From Candidatus Woesearchaeota archaeon (GTDB lineage: Archaea; Nanobdellota; Nanobdellia; Woesearchaeales; SKGA01), in assembly GCA_016926395.1 (NCBI GenBank), contig JAFGOT010000019.1:1-29146 (forward strand): 29,146 nt of DNA, in the 5' to 3' direction. Numbering within the stretch: position 1 is the first letter of the stretch; every line of letters begins with the position of its first letter. A program made the translations under genes and the position numbers. Positions 14,184 to 24,032 of this stretch are shown piece after piece. The notes under the pieces were generated by a model. That model saw only the letters and a list, made by a program, of their open reading frames with translations, did not search any database and was not told the origin of the DNA.

Positions 14184-16739
14184 ATGAAGTTGGGTATTTT
14201 GGGTTTGATGTTATTATTTTTATTAGTTTTAACTTCTTTAGTTTCTTCTCTGAGTTTTACAAGCAAGGTGGATGTAACTCCTAACTATCCTGGTTTTAAA
14301 GATGATATAAGTTGTTCTTGGGCGGGTAGTGGAGATGTTACTTCCACAACTCTTTATTGGTATAGAAATGGTGTTTTATATGATACAATAAGTTCTGCCA
14401 CATCTCCTCAAGTTATTTCTTGGAAAACACATTCAAGCGGTCAAACTTGGAATTGTAGTGTTGTTTTAAGTGATGGTTCTTCATCAATAAATGATTGGGA
14501 TTTAGTTCTTATAGGGAGTACTAATTCTGCTCCTGTCATAAACTCGGCAGAATTTAATGATGCTTCTGATAGTGGAGATGAGAACATAACAATTAACTAT
14601 GTTGGAACACATGCTGTTAGGTGTTTTGGAACTGTTACTGATGCAAATGGTAATTATGATTTAGAATCTGTTAGTGCTGTTTTATATCATTCAAGTTCTA
14701 GCGTAGGTGATGTTGACGACCAAAGTGATCATTATACTATACCTTTTTGTAGTTTTAATTATTCTGGAGACTATACTTGTAATACTTATATGACTCCATC
14801 TGCTCTAGCTGGAACTTGGACTTGTCAGGTGACTGCAGTTGATCAAGGAGCGGCATCTGGAACGAAAACCGATACTGTGATTGTGTATAAAATTTCTCCA
14901 CCTGATAATCCTCCTAATATTACAAGCGTTGAATTTAATGATGTTGGTGATAGTGGGGATGAAAACATTACTTTACCTGAATCCGGAACTTATCCAGTAA
15001 GATGTTTTGGTTATGCGAATGATGTTGATGGGAATTCTGCAATAACATCTATCAATGCTACTTTTTATCATCAATCATCGTCATATTCTGCTAGCGATAA
15101 TCCAACTTATCATTATTCTAACTCGTCTTGCTCTTATACTACTTCCACTGGTTATTATGAATGCATGGCAACATTCGAATATTACGCCGCTAATGAAACT
15201 TGGTATTGTAATGTTACTGCAAAAGATAATACTTCTTTAACCGATAGTGCTATTGATTCTGTTGTTATTTACAAACCAGTCATTCCTCCAATTATTCCTT
15301 ATTTTTCAAGTCTTGAGTTTAATGATGTTGGTGATAGTGGTGATGAATCCATAACTTTAACTTCTATTCAAACAAAACCTGTTCGTTGTTTTGGTTATGT
15401 TGTTGATAATGAAGGTCCAATTCATATTGATTCGTTAAATGCAACTTTTTATCATTCTTCATCTTCTTCATCTTCATCTAATAATAATTATGTGCATTAT
15501 ACAAATTCTTCATGTTATTATAGTAGCTCAACGGGAGAATTTGGGTGTGAAACTTATTTGTGGTTTTACGCAACACCTGGAACTTGGTATTGTAATGTAA
15601 CTGTTATTGATAATGATTTAAACATTAATTCTTCAACAGACAGTGTTGTTGTTAGTGCTGGTCCTCCTGCAGATGTAAGTTTTTTAGCTAATCCTTTCAT
15701 CACTCCACAATATCCTTCTAGAACTGAAAATTTAGTTTGTTCTTGGACTGAAAGCTTAGATGTCGAAAACAGAACTGTTTATTGGTATAAAAATGGAGCT
15801 CTAGATAGGACTGAATATCCTATTGCTTCAACTTCTACAGTTTTATCTGCAGACACTAAAAATGGTGAAACTTGGAACTGTACTGTTTTACTTGCTGGTG
15901 CAAATCTCACCGCGACTGCTAGTGATTTGGTTGTAATTGGGAGCTCTCCTCCAAATGCTATTCCTGTTATATCTTCAGTTCAATTAAATGAGGTCGGTGA
16001 CAGTGGTGATGAATCCCTACTTTTGCAAGCAGGCACAACGCAACCAATGAGGTGTTTTGGAACTGTTACTGATGCAGATGGTAATTCCGATATCAATACT
16101 GTTCGTGCAGTTTTTTATTCTAGTTTGGTTTTAGATGTTTCTCCTGATGCACCTAGAAATCATTATTCAAATTCTTCTTGTAGTTATGATACTGGAACTG
16201 GAGCTTATGAGTGTTCTGTTCCGATTTATTTTTATGCAAACCCTGGTACTTGGTCTTGTAAGGTTTATGTAAATGATAGTGTTTCAAATTTAGCATTTAG
16301 CTCTGACTCTGCAACGATGGGTACTTTACTTGCGATGGACATTCCTGATGGAACAAATATTGATTTTGGAGGAATGGTTGTGAATGAACAAAAAATATCT
16401 CCTAGTTTGAATATTTCTATTTTTAACATTGGAAATGTTCTTTTCGATGTTGATGTTGATACTTGGTTAACGGGAGGTGATTCTTCGTCTGCAAATTCTT
16501 TAAACTGCACAGTTAATAATATTCCTACGTCTAATTTTAAATCAAGCTTTACTTATGGTTCTTACTCCTCTTATACTTCGATGCTTATTTCTGGTTATTA
16601 TCGATACGATGCGAATCTTGATCGGCAAATATCTGGTTCAACCCCTACTCATAAAACGTTATATTTAGGTCTTCAAACACCCAGTGACGTTCAAGGTATT
16701 TGTAGTGGCGTTATTTCTGTCCTCGGGGTTGCTTCTTAA
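14184..16739 (+). CDS. Secreted repeat surface protein, paralog of 13212..14102 (modules B-A-A-A-B-A-C)
   Basis: Four copies of (E/Q)(F/L)N(D/E)xxDSGDE..(V/M)RCFG..HY..W.C.V (starting near nt 14550, 14931, 15315, 15981). Two copies of TPxYP..CSW..YWYxNG..TWNC. C-terminal DIPxxTxIDFG..SANS..QxSGSTPT..LYxGLQxP domain shared with the upstream gene. No TM anchor. Confidence 0.88.
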   Translation: MKLGILGLMLLFLLVLTSLVSSLSFTSKVDVTPNYPGFKDDISCSWAGSGDVTSTTLYWYRNGVLYDTISSATSPQVISWKTHSSGQTWNCSVVLSDGSSSINDWDLVLIGSTNSAPVINSAEFNDASDSGDENITINYVGTHAVRCFGTVTDANGNYDLESVSAVLYHSSSSVGDVDDQSDHYTIPFCSFNYSGDYTCNTYMTPSALAGTWTCQVTAVDQGAASGTKTDTVIVYKISPPDNPPNITSVEFNDVGDSGDENITLPESGTYPVRCFGYANDVDGNSAITSINATFYHQSSSYSASDNPTYHYSNSSCSYTTSTGYYECMATFEYYAANETWYCNVTAKDNTSLTDSAIDSVVIYKPVIPPIIPYFSSLEFNDVGDSGDESITLTSIQTKPVRCFGYVVDNEGPIHIDSLNATFYHSSSSSSSSNNNYVHYTNSSCYYSSSTGEFGCETYLWFYATPGTWYCNVTVIDNDLNINSSTDSVVVSAGPPADVSFLANPFITPQYPSRTENLVCSWTESLDVENRTVYWYKNGALDRTEYPIASTSTVLSADTKNGETWNCTVLLAGANLTATASDLVVIGSSPPNAIPVISSVQLNEVGDSGDESLLLQAGTTQPMRCFGTVTDADGNSDINTVRAVFYSSLVLDVSPDAPRNHYSNSSCSYDTGTGAYECSVPIYFYANPGTWSCKVYVNDSVSNLAFSSDSATMGTLLAMDIPDGTNIDFGGMVVNEQKISPSLNISIFNIGNVLFDVDVDTWLTGGDSSSANSLNCTVNNIPTSNFKSSFTYGSYSSYTSMLISGYYRYDANLDRQISGSTPTHKTLYLGLQTPSDVQGICSGVISVLGVAS

Positions 16740-16759
16740 ATTGTATTTATAAGCCAAGC

Positions 16760-16774
16760 CGGAATATTTATATA
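16760..16774 (+). promoter_or_regulatory. BRE/TATA-like promoter for the giant adhesin gene
   Basis: ccggaatatttatata lies upstream of ATG 16857, which is preceded by GGGGGGAG. Confidence 0.45.
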
Positions 16775-16856
16775 GAAATCCAAATTGAACTTCCTTAAGA
16801 GAGGTAACAAATAGTTATTATCTTTGTTTTTGGTTAAACAATCTCGGGGGGAGATT

Positions 16857-19800
16857 ATGCAAGTACAGCGAAAAAACGTATTTATACTGGGAATTCTTTT
16901 ATTAATGACTTTAGTTTTATCCACTACTGCTCAAGCGAGCACGACACTTTTTACGCAAGCACCGGGTCCTAGTTCCACGCCTCTTATTACTCTAGTGGAA
17001 CTAAATGGAAGTGCTTTTTTGTTAGAAAATAATTATTTGTCTGTCACACTTCAAGATCCTGAAGTTGATATTGACACCGTGCATCTAAGTCTTTTTGATC
17101 CCAGTTCAAACATGATTGTAGATGAAGATATTTCTCTATCTGCAGGCTATCCTGTTGGTGTTATTTATAAATTCGATTCATCTATTTTCTCCCTATCAGT
17201 AACTGGAACTTGGTCTATTAATATAACTGCAAATGATAGTGTAAATCATATTTCCACTCAAATAGTAACTTTTAATGTGGTAGTAAAAGATGATGCGGCT
17301 GTTTGGTCTCCTTTATCTGATCAAAATATTAATGAAGATTCTGTTGATGGAACTGTGGTGTATTCCAACCTAAAAAGTCTTTGTACTGATGTTGATACTC
17401 CAATAAAAACATTTACTGCATCAACAATTAGTCCTTATTTTGATGTATATTTCTCTGCTCTTGACAATGATTTGCGAGTTGAAAATATTAGTTCTAATGT
17501 TAATAGTGATGATGTTGGTTTTCAGCAAGTTACTGTTTATTGTAATGGTGTTGGCTCTTCATTTGATGTGTATATTAATTCTATTAATGATGATCCAACT
17601 TTAGCTCTTATGCCTGCACAAACTATTGATGAAGACACACTAAATAATGTTCTTCCTTTAGATTTGGCAACTTATGCTAGTGATGTTGATGGTGATTCTT
17701 TAACCTTCACTGCTACAGGCACTGCTGATCTTAGTGCTGTTGCTATTCCTGATGGTCTTGGTGGAGTCTATATTACTGTTAGCACTTTAACTCCTAATTT
17801 TTATGGTGATGTTTTGGTTGATGTAACTGTTAGTGATGGTAATGGTGGATCTGCTTCTAGATCTTTAACTGTTCATGTTAATGATGTTGATGAAACTGCT
17901 GTTTGGGCTCCTTTATCTGATCAAAATATTCCTGAAGATTCATTTGACGGAACAATTATTTATCCTAACGTTGAGTCTCTTTGTACAGATGTTGATAATC
18001 CAACAAAAACTTTAGTTGCAACTACTACTAGTCCTTATTTTGATGTGTATTTTTCTGCATTTGATGATGAACTTAGAATCGCAAACTTAACTGCAAATAT
18101 TAATGGTGATTCAATCTCTCCACAACCTATTGAATTATTTTGTAATGGTGTTGGAACTTCATTTGATTTAACAATTGATCCTGTTAATGACAATCCTTTA
18201 TTTGGAGTTCTTCCAGCTCAGACAATTGATGAAGATTCTGTAAATGTTGTTCTACCTTTGGACTTGGCAACTTATGCTAGTGATGTTGATGGTGATTCAT
18301 TAACTTTTACTGCAACGGGTGTCCCAGAATTAAGTGCTGTTGCAAATCCTGATGGTTTAGGAGGAGTTTACTTAACAGTTAATTCTTTATCTGCAAATTT
18401 TTATGGTGATGTGGTAATTAATATTGATGTTACTGATGGTAACGGAGGATTGACATCTCAAGGATTATTAATTCACATTCTTAATGTTGATGATGCTGCA
18501 GTTTTGAATTTGCCTGCAAGTTTAAGCGTTAATGAAGATAGTGATGATGGGACTGTTGTTCTTAGTAATGTTAATTCTGTTTGCACCGATGTTGACAGCC
18601 CAGTAGTGGTAAGCGCAACTGATACAAGTTCATTTTATGATTTACAAATAGTTGGTTCTGACTTAGTAATAAATAGTTTGGATGCAGATTACAATGATGT
18701 GGTTGGAACTGCAGTAAATTTCAACTGTAATGGTGTTTTAGGTTCGACTCTTCTTTATGTTCAACCAGTAAATGATAATCCTATTATTAATGGTTTTACG
18801 GGTGCGACTACTGCTTCTGAATATTCTTTAGTACAGTTAACAATTGATGCTAGTGATATTGATTTAGATACATTATCTTATTCTGTTATAAATCCTGTTG
18901 GTGACATGTCTTTTACTGGAAATGTTTTCTCTTGGACTCCTCAGACTTCGGATGTTGGAGTAACTAATGTTAATATTGAAGTAACTGATGGCTTAGCGAC
19001 TGATAATATTACTATTCCTATTACTGTTTTTAGAAATGTTGACTTTGATAATATTTTGATTACAACACCAAACTTTGCACCTTTAGTTGATGTGCAAGAT
19101 GGTGATAATATTGGTTTCTTGATGCCAGGAGACACGATGACTATCGATCTTGATTTAATCAATTCATTAAGTGATGGTCTTTCTGATATGACGATTACTG
19201 CGCAAATAAGTGGTGTTGATGTTGATCAAACGCCCCAATTTAATTTAGCAGCAGGAAGTAATACGAGTAAATCTCTTAGTCTAAACGTGCCTTATTCAGT
19301 TGCATCAGGAAATAATAATCTTGTATTAACCGCATCTGGTTATTCAACTGATGGTTTGGGAAATAATTTCCCTAGACAAGTAGTTTATACTATGCCTATT
19401 TCCATAAACAAAGATTCAAGAAAAATAATTATTCAACAAGAAAGTTTTACTCCAAGCACTGTAACTTGTGTTAGGGATACAACTCTTTCATTTGAATTAG
19501 TAAACATAGGCTTTAATGATGAAACTACTGCTAACACCTTAACCGTTACAATTCCTGGAATTGATTCTTGGCAAACAACTAATGTTGTTGTTCCTGCTGG
19601 AAGCACAAACAATGCAATTCAAATAAACGTTCCTCTAACTGTTCCGTATGTTACTCCTCCGGGTTCATACAATGCGCAGATTCAATTCGTCTATGATAAT
19701 GGGGTAAGTACTGCGAATGCAACATATCCTATAGTTGTAGATTTATGTCCTGTTCCTGCAAGTCTTGGAACGTATGATGAAGATGAAGTTATTGGAACAA

Positions 19801-22262
19801 TATTAGATTTAAATTCTATATTTGCTGATAGTTATTATAATAATCTAGTTTATTCTGTTTCAAGCCAAAATCCAAGCTTAGTGTCTTGTTCTGAAAATGC
19901 AGGATGGTTATCTTGTTCTTTGGTTGGCGATGCTTATGGCTCTGCTAATATTGATTTAACTTATAGTGAAGCAGGTTATTCAAACACTGTTTCTATTCCT
20001 ATGGCTGTTAATCCAATAAATGATAATCCTGTTCTGTCATTCGCACCAACATATACTATCGACGAAGATACTGTTTTAACTATAAATTGGAATGCATTGG
20101 TGTCTGATGTTGATAATTCCGATAATCAACTTCAAGTTAGTCTTATTGGAGATTCTGCATTTAGTTTTAATGTAACTCCAACTGAAATTAAAGTAACTCC
20201 AAATCATAATTGGTATGGTACTGGTGTTGTTTCGGTTCAAGTTACTGATCCTCTTGGCGGTTTTGCTCAAACTTCTTTTGATTTAACTGTAAATAGTCTG
20301 CAAGATGATTCTCCAGAAATATTGCAAATAACTCCGAATGTTTTTGACATTGCATCTCCTGAAGATAATGGTTTTGTTGAGAATTTTAATGTTCTTGCAA
20401 CCGATCCTGATGAAGCAGAAATATTAACTATAACTTGGTTTGTTGATGGTCTTCAAGTAAAAAATAGTGTTGCGTTCCAAGATTCAATAGATTTAGTAAG
20501 TGACGGAACTGAAAAAAATCACACAGTTCAGTTGTTTATTGCAGATGATGATGGTCATCAGATTAATAGAACTTGGCGTGTTGAACAAAGAAAAACTCCT
20601 CGAAGTTATCTTTACACTTCAAGTATTTTCTCGCTTAATGCAACGCAAATAGAAAATGTTTCTTCGTTTGTTATACGTGGATCTGACACTATTCTTACAT
20701 TTGCACCTGGACAAAACTTTAACTTATCAAGAACTGTTGACTTTGACAGATTCTTTAATTTAAGTAATGGTGTGGCTGCAATTGATACTAATCGTTTTAC
20801 AACATTTAATGGTGCTGATGCTCACGTTCAATTCTTGAATTTGAACTATGCTAAAGAACCTATATTATATTACAATCCAGCTTATATGACAACTGGTGGT
20901 GTTGAATGTAATAGTGTACTTTGTTTAAACCCTGTTTGGTCTAGAGTTGCAGATACATATACTTTTGATGTTCTTGGTTTTAGTTCATATTACTTAGCAG
21001 CTGATCCTGCAAACTATGCACCCGAAATAACTTCAACTCCAATAACATCTGTTAGAGAAAAAGAAGATTATGAGTATGAGGTAAAAGCTGTTGATTATGA
21101 AGGAGATACAATGATTTTTTCACTAACTCAAGCTCCAAGTGGAATGGGTATTAATCCTATAACTGGCGTAATCTCTTGGTCTAATTTTGAAATGGGTGAT
21201 TATGATGTTACTGTTCAAGTAACTGATGTTTTGGGACATTCTGCAACTCAATCATATAGTATTGAAGTACTTCCACCTAACGGTTTAGAAATAACTGATT
21301 TAGAATATTCTATATTGGGTGGTGATCAAGACGAATCGTTAAGAGATGGTGAAACTATTTATCTAAAACCTGGTGATCAGTTGACATTAAATGTTGCAAT
21401 TGAAAACATATTGGATAGTGATTATACTTTAGATAAAGTCAAAGCTGAATTTGTTATTCAAGGTATTAATGATGGCGAAGACGTTGACTTAGATAAACGA
21501 ATATCTGATATGGATGGTGGTGATGAACAAGATGTTGAGTTAATTGTTAACATTCCTTTTGATGCAGATGAAGATTCTTATAGTGCTATATTGACTATAA
21601 CTGCAGAAGATGAATTTAACTTTAAACACGAGGCTGAAATCGAGTTTGATGTTGAAGTAGAAAAAGAAAATGAAGACCTATACATCTATTTCGATGAAGA
21701 TACTCTTAGAACAATAAATTGTGAAACTGATTATTCAATTCCTCTTAGGATATATAACATTGGACTTGATGATATTAATTACGCACAATTAGTTGTATCA
21801 TCTGATTTAATTCCTGACGAGTACACTAGAATTGTTTCTTTAAGTGAATCAACCAATAGATATTTTTCAGTCCCTCTAACTGTGGACGAGGACACTCCAA
21901 CTGGAATAAATGAAGTTTATGCTACTATTAGTTATGGTGGTGATGTTCTTCATAAAATAACCATTCCTGTAAATGTCGGTTCGTGTCCTGTAAGAACAAC
22001 CACTGCTACTGTTAATAACAAAGCTACTCCTTTAACGCCTTCTATTTATGGAAAAGGAGGACCTGTAATTTCTACTAAAAAACAATCTTACTTTGCAGGA
22101 GATTTTAGAGGAAGCACTCTTTATTATGTTTTAATTTTTGCTGCATGGATTATTGCTTTGGCTTTATTTTTATTCGTTTACGCCTATATTGATTTAATTC
22201 AAAAAAGAAAACGACGAAGTAAGAAATTAGTTAAAAAAAATAATTCGCAGGTAAGAAGATAA
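16857..22262 (+). CDS. Giant membrane-anchored adhesin/S-layer-associated protein with cadherin-like (Big_9/tandem-95), He_PIG-like and CARDB-like domains
   Basis: ATG 16857 follows GGGGAG. Signal peptide; repeated xNDxP..IDED..DxDGD cadherin-type motifs; NYAPEITSTP..YEYEVKAVDYEGD..APSGMGINPITGVISW (He_PIG-like); TM YYVLIFAAWIIALALFLFVYAYI followed by a K/R-rich tail. Confidence 0.9.
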   Translation: MQVQRKNVFILGILLLMTLVLSTTAQASTTLFTQAPGPSSTPLITLVELNGSAFLLENNYLSVTLQDPEVDIDTVHLSLFDPSSNMIVDEDISLSAGYPVGVIYKFDSSIFSLSVTGTWSINITANDSVNHISTQIVTFNVVVKDDAAVWSPLSDQNINEDSVDGTVVYSNLKSLCTDVDTPIKTFTASTISPYFDVYFSALDNDLRVENISSNVNSDDVGFQQVTVYCNGVGSSFDVYINSINDDPTLALMPAQTIDEDTLNNVLPLDLATYASDVDGDSLTFTATGTADLSAVAIPDGLGGVYITVSTLTPNFYGDVLVDVTVSDGNGGSASRSLTVHVNDVDETAVWAPLSDQNIPEDSFDGTIIYPNVESLCTDVDNPTKTLVATTTSPYFDVYFSAFDDELRIANLTANINGDSISPQPIELFCNGVGTSFDLTIDPVNDNPLFGVLPAQTIDEDSVNVVLPLDLATYASDVDGDSLTFTATGVPELSAVANPDGLGGVYLTVNSLSANFYGDVVINIDVTDGNGGLTSQGLLIHILNVDDAAVLNLPASLSVNEDSDDGTVVLSNVNSVCTDVDSPVVVSATDTSSFYDLQIVGSDLVINSLDADYNDVVGTAVNFNCNGVLGSTLLYVQPVNDNPIINGFTGATTASEYSLVQLTIDASDIDLDTLSYSVINPVGDMSFTGNVFSWTPQTSDVGVTNVNIEVTDGLATDNITIPITVFRNVDFDNILITTPNFAPLVDVQDGDNIGFLMPGDTMTIDLDLINSLSDGLSDMTITAQISGVDVDQTPQFNLAAGSNTSKSLSLNVPYSVASGNNNLVLTASGYSTDGLGNNFPRQVVYTMPISINKDSRKIIIQQESFTPSTVTCVRDTTLSFELVNIGFNDETTANTLTVTIPGIDSWQTTNVVVPAGSTNNAIQINVPLTVPYVTPPGSYNAQIQFVYDNGVSTANATYPIVVDLCPVPASLGTYDEDEVIGTILDLNSIFADSYYNNLVYSVSSQNPSLVSCSENAGWLSCSLVGDAYGSANIDLTYSEAGYSNTVSIPMAVNPINDNPVLSFAPTYTIDEDTVLTINWNALVSDVDNSDNQLQVSLIGDSAFSFNVTPTEIKVTPNHNWYGTGVVSVQVTDPLGGFAQTSFDLTVNSLQDDSPEILQITPNVFDIASPEDNGFVENFNVLATDPDEAEILTITWFVDGLQVKNSVAFQDSIDLVSDGTEKNHTVQLFIADDDGHQINRTWRVEQRKTPRSYLYTSSIFSLNATQIENVSSFVIRGSDTILTFAPGQNFNLSRTVDFDRFFNLSNGVAAIDTNRFTTFNGADAHVQFLNLNYAKEPILYYNPAYMTTGGVECNSVLCLNPVWSRVADTYTFDVLGFSSYYLAADPANYAPEITSTPITSVREKEDYEYEVKAVDYEGDTMIFSLTQAPSGMGINPITGVISWSNFEMGDYDVTVQVTDVLGHSATQSYSIEVLPPNGLEITDLEYSILGGDQDESLRDGETIYLKPGDQLTLNVAIENILDSDYTLDKVKAEFVIQGINDGEDVDLDKRISDMDGGDEQDVELIVNIPFDADEDSYSAILTITAEDEFNFKHEAEIEFDVEVEKENEDLYIYFDEDTLRTINCETDYSIPLRIYNIGLDDINYAQLVVSSDLIPDEYTRIVSLSESTNRYFSVPLTVDEDTPTGINEVYATISYGGDVLHKITIPVNVGSCPVRTTTATVNNKATPLTPSIYGKGGPVISTKKQSYFAGDFRGSTLYYVLIFAAWIIALALFLFVYAYIDLIQKRKRRSKKLVKKNNSQVRR
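17298..18497 (+). repeat. Intragenic tandem duplication, 600-bp (200-aa) period
   Basis: gctgtttgg(t/g)ctcctttatctgatcaaaatatt occurs at 17298 and 17898. The identical 35-mer ttggcaacttatgctagtgatgttgatggtgattc occurs at 17664 and 18264. A more diverged partial third unit follows. Confidence 0.85.
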
Positions 22263-22657
22263 TGAAAACTACTAGAAATGTTTTAATTACTAATGACGAA
22301 CCTAGTAGTGTTTTTTTATTATCTGAATTTTTTAAGATTTATCAGCTTTCAAAAGATGATTTGTATATTAATTCGCTAGTTGCTTATAGTGGTTTAGAAG
22401 CTAAACATGTTGTTGAAAATCGTGAAGATCTTGATTTAGTTATAATGAATTGGGAAATGCCAAAAATGTCTGGTATTCATGCAACTGAGTTAATCAGGGA
22501 GATAAGACCAGATTTACCTGTTTTATTGTATTCTGCTTATGTTGGCAATCCTGTTTATGAACCTTTGATAAAATCATATTTTGACGATTCTATTCCTAGC
22601 CCTATAAATATTAATTCATTCACTAAAATTGTTGATAAATATTTGTTAAAGAAATAA
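22262..22657 (+). CDS. Stand-alone pseudo-receiver (CheY-like fold, phosphoacceptor Asp replaced by Asn)
   Basis: LITNDEP, LDLVIMNWEMPKMSGIHA, PVLLYSAY and SIPSPIN, against the canonical VDD, MDxxMP and KP. TAATG overlap with the adhesin stop. Confidence 0.85.
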   Translation: MKTTRNVLITNDEPSSVFLLSEFFKIYQLSKDDLYINSLVAYSGLEAKHVVENREDLDLVIMNWEMPKMSGIHATELIREIRPDLPVLLYSAYVGNPVYEPLIKSYFDDSIPSPININSFTKIVDKYLLKK

Positions 22658-22659
22658 CT

Positions 22660-23049
22660 TTAAATTACATATCTTTCTAGTATTTCTTGAAATTTTATTT
22701 CGTTTATTGGTTTTTCAAGACAACTGTTAAAACAGTTTGATGATTTATAAATTTCATTTATTCCCATATGTGCTGAATGTAGTATTATTGGAATATTTTT
22801 GTATTGATCTTTTATTTTTTTGGCTGCTTCTTCCCCATTTAATACTGGCATTTTCCAGTCCATAAATATTAATGAGATTTCTTTCTTATTATTCATTAAT
22901 TTATTAGTTATTGTTATTGCTTCCAAACCATTTGTTGCTTCATAAACATTTATTCTATTTTCTGCAGTCTGATAGTCTTCTATTTTTATTCTTAATAAGT
23001 ATCTATTTGGAATCTCATCGTCTACTATCGAAACGATTTTTTCATTCAT
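22660..23049 (-). CDS. Stand-alone CheY-like response regulator receiver (canonical)
   Basis: IVDDEIPNR, LIFMDWKMPVLNGEEA, IILHSAH, LEKPI. ATG 23049 is preferred over 23103 because a TATA-like TATAAATA lies about 25 nt upstream. Confidence 0.88.
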   Translation of the reverse strand: MNEKIVSIVDDEIPNRYLLRIKIEDYQTAENRINVYEATNGLEAITITNKLMNNKKEISLIFMDWKMPVLNGEEAAKKIKDQYKNIPIILHSAHMGINEIYKSSNCFNSCLEKPINEIKFQEILERYVI

Positions 23050-23099
23050 TAATGTGCTTTTTTGTTTAGAAATATTTATAGTTATTGTTTTGAGTATTT

Positions 23100-24032
23100 T
23101 CACTTTATAAGCGAAATATAATATTTATCCTGTTTTAATTTTTTATGTCCATATTTTTCTAAGAACTGTTTGTTAAGTTCGACTGATTTAAAACGAATTC
23201 CTGATTCATTACTGGTGCTTCCCAAAACTTTGTCTTTTCTTTGTTTATTAATAAAAATGTGTTTTAGATATCTGGCGTTACTTCTTCTTATAACATATTT
23301 AGTGTATTCTATTTCTTTTTTACATTCTTGGTGGTCAGGTCCTTCTGTTGCGACGCAAACCGGACATCTGTTTGTTTCTTTAAATTGATTTGGTGAGAAT
23401 AAGTGTTTATAATCTGAAACTTCCAGTATTTTTTTGTTTGGATTGTACATTGCAAGTTCTGGTAGGTATATTCCTTTGTGTTTTATGTATCTTGGTTTGG
23501 TTGCATTTTCTCCAATCGTTCTTTGATGAAGTGCCCAAATTATGAGTTCTGCTTGATTAAATTTTCTAATATCATAAAAAGGTCTTTGAAAATAGTTATT
23601 TCCAACTTGTTGTTTATTAAAACCTCTTTTGTTAACTAGTTTATCAACCCGTTGTTCTATGTTTGATTGTTTAAAATCGGTTTCTGATTGTAGAAAAACA
23701 AATCCAGGTGTAGCATCTGTTTTTTCATTTATGTCTATGACATAATCAATTATTTTTTCAAGCATTCCAAGAAGTTCTCGTCTATCGTTATCTAAAAGCG
23801 TAGAATCGTGCTCGTATGAGAAATTAATTAAGTTTTTTAGTTCTTGTTCACCACTGATTGCAATTATTTGGTGAAGATTATTTTTGTGATCTACAAATTG
23901 AAAGATGTTATTTTCTTTTTCTATTTTTTTTGCGACTGTATTGCTCTCTAAGAAATCGAACATTTCTTCTCTTCTTTTTGCCAGAGCACTTTTTTTAGTC
24001 ATTTTTCCATAATTGGTATGTATTATTTCCAA
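23100..24032 (-). CDS. Hypothetical protein with CPxC..H..C segment
   Basis: 310-aa ORF; the TTG start is preceded by GGAGTG (alternative ATG 24002). No family recognised. Confidence 0.7.
   Translation of the reverse strand: MEIIHTNYGKMTKKSALAKRREEMFDFLESNTVAKKIEKENNIFQFVDHKNNLHQIIAISGEQELKNLINFSYEHDSTLLDNDRRELLGMLEKIIDYVIDINEKTDATPGFVFLQSETDFKQSNIEQRVDKLVNKRGFNKQQVGNNYFQRPFYDIRKFNQAELIIWALHQRTIGENATKPRYIKHKGIYLPELAMYNPNKKILEVSDYKHLFSPNQFKETNRCPVCVATEGPDHQECKKEIEYTKYVIRRSNARYLKHIFINKQRKDKVLGSTSNESGIRFKSVELNKQFLEKYGHKKLKQDKYYISLIK

Noticed and set aside
13482-20270. Short ORFs at 13482, 15055, 16265, 16736, 18941 and 20076
   Set aside because: They overlap the large surface genes in other frames or strands. 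16736..16924 runs antisense across the adhesin promoter and start and lacks an RBS.
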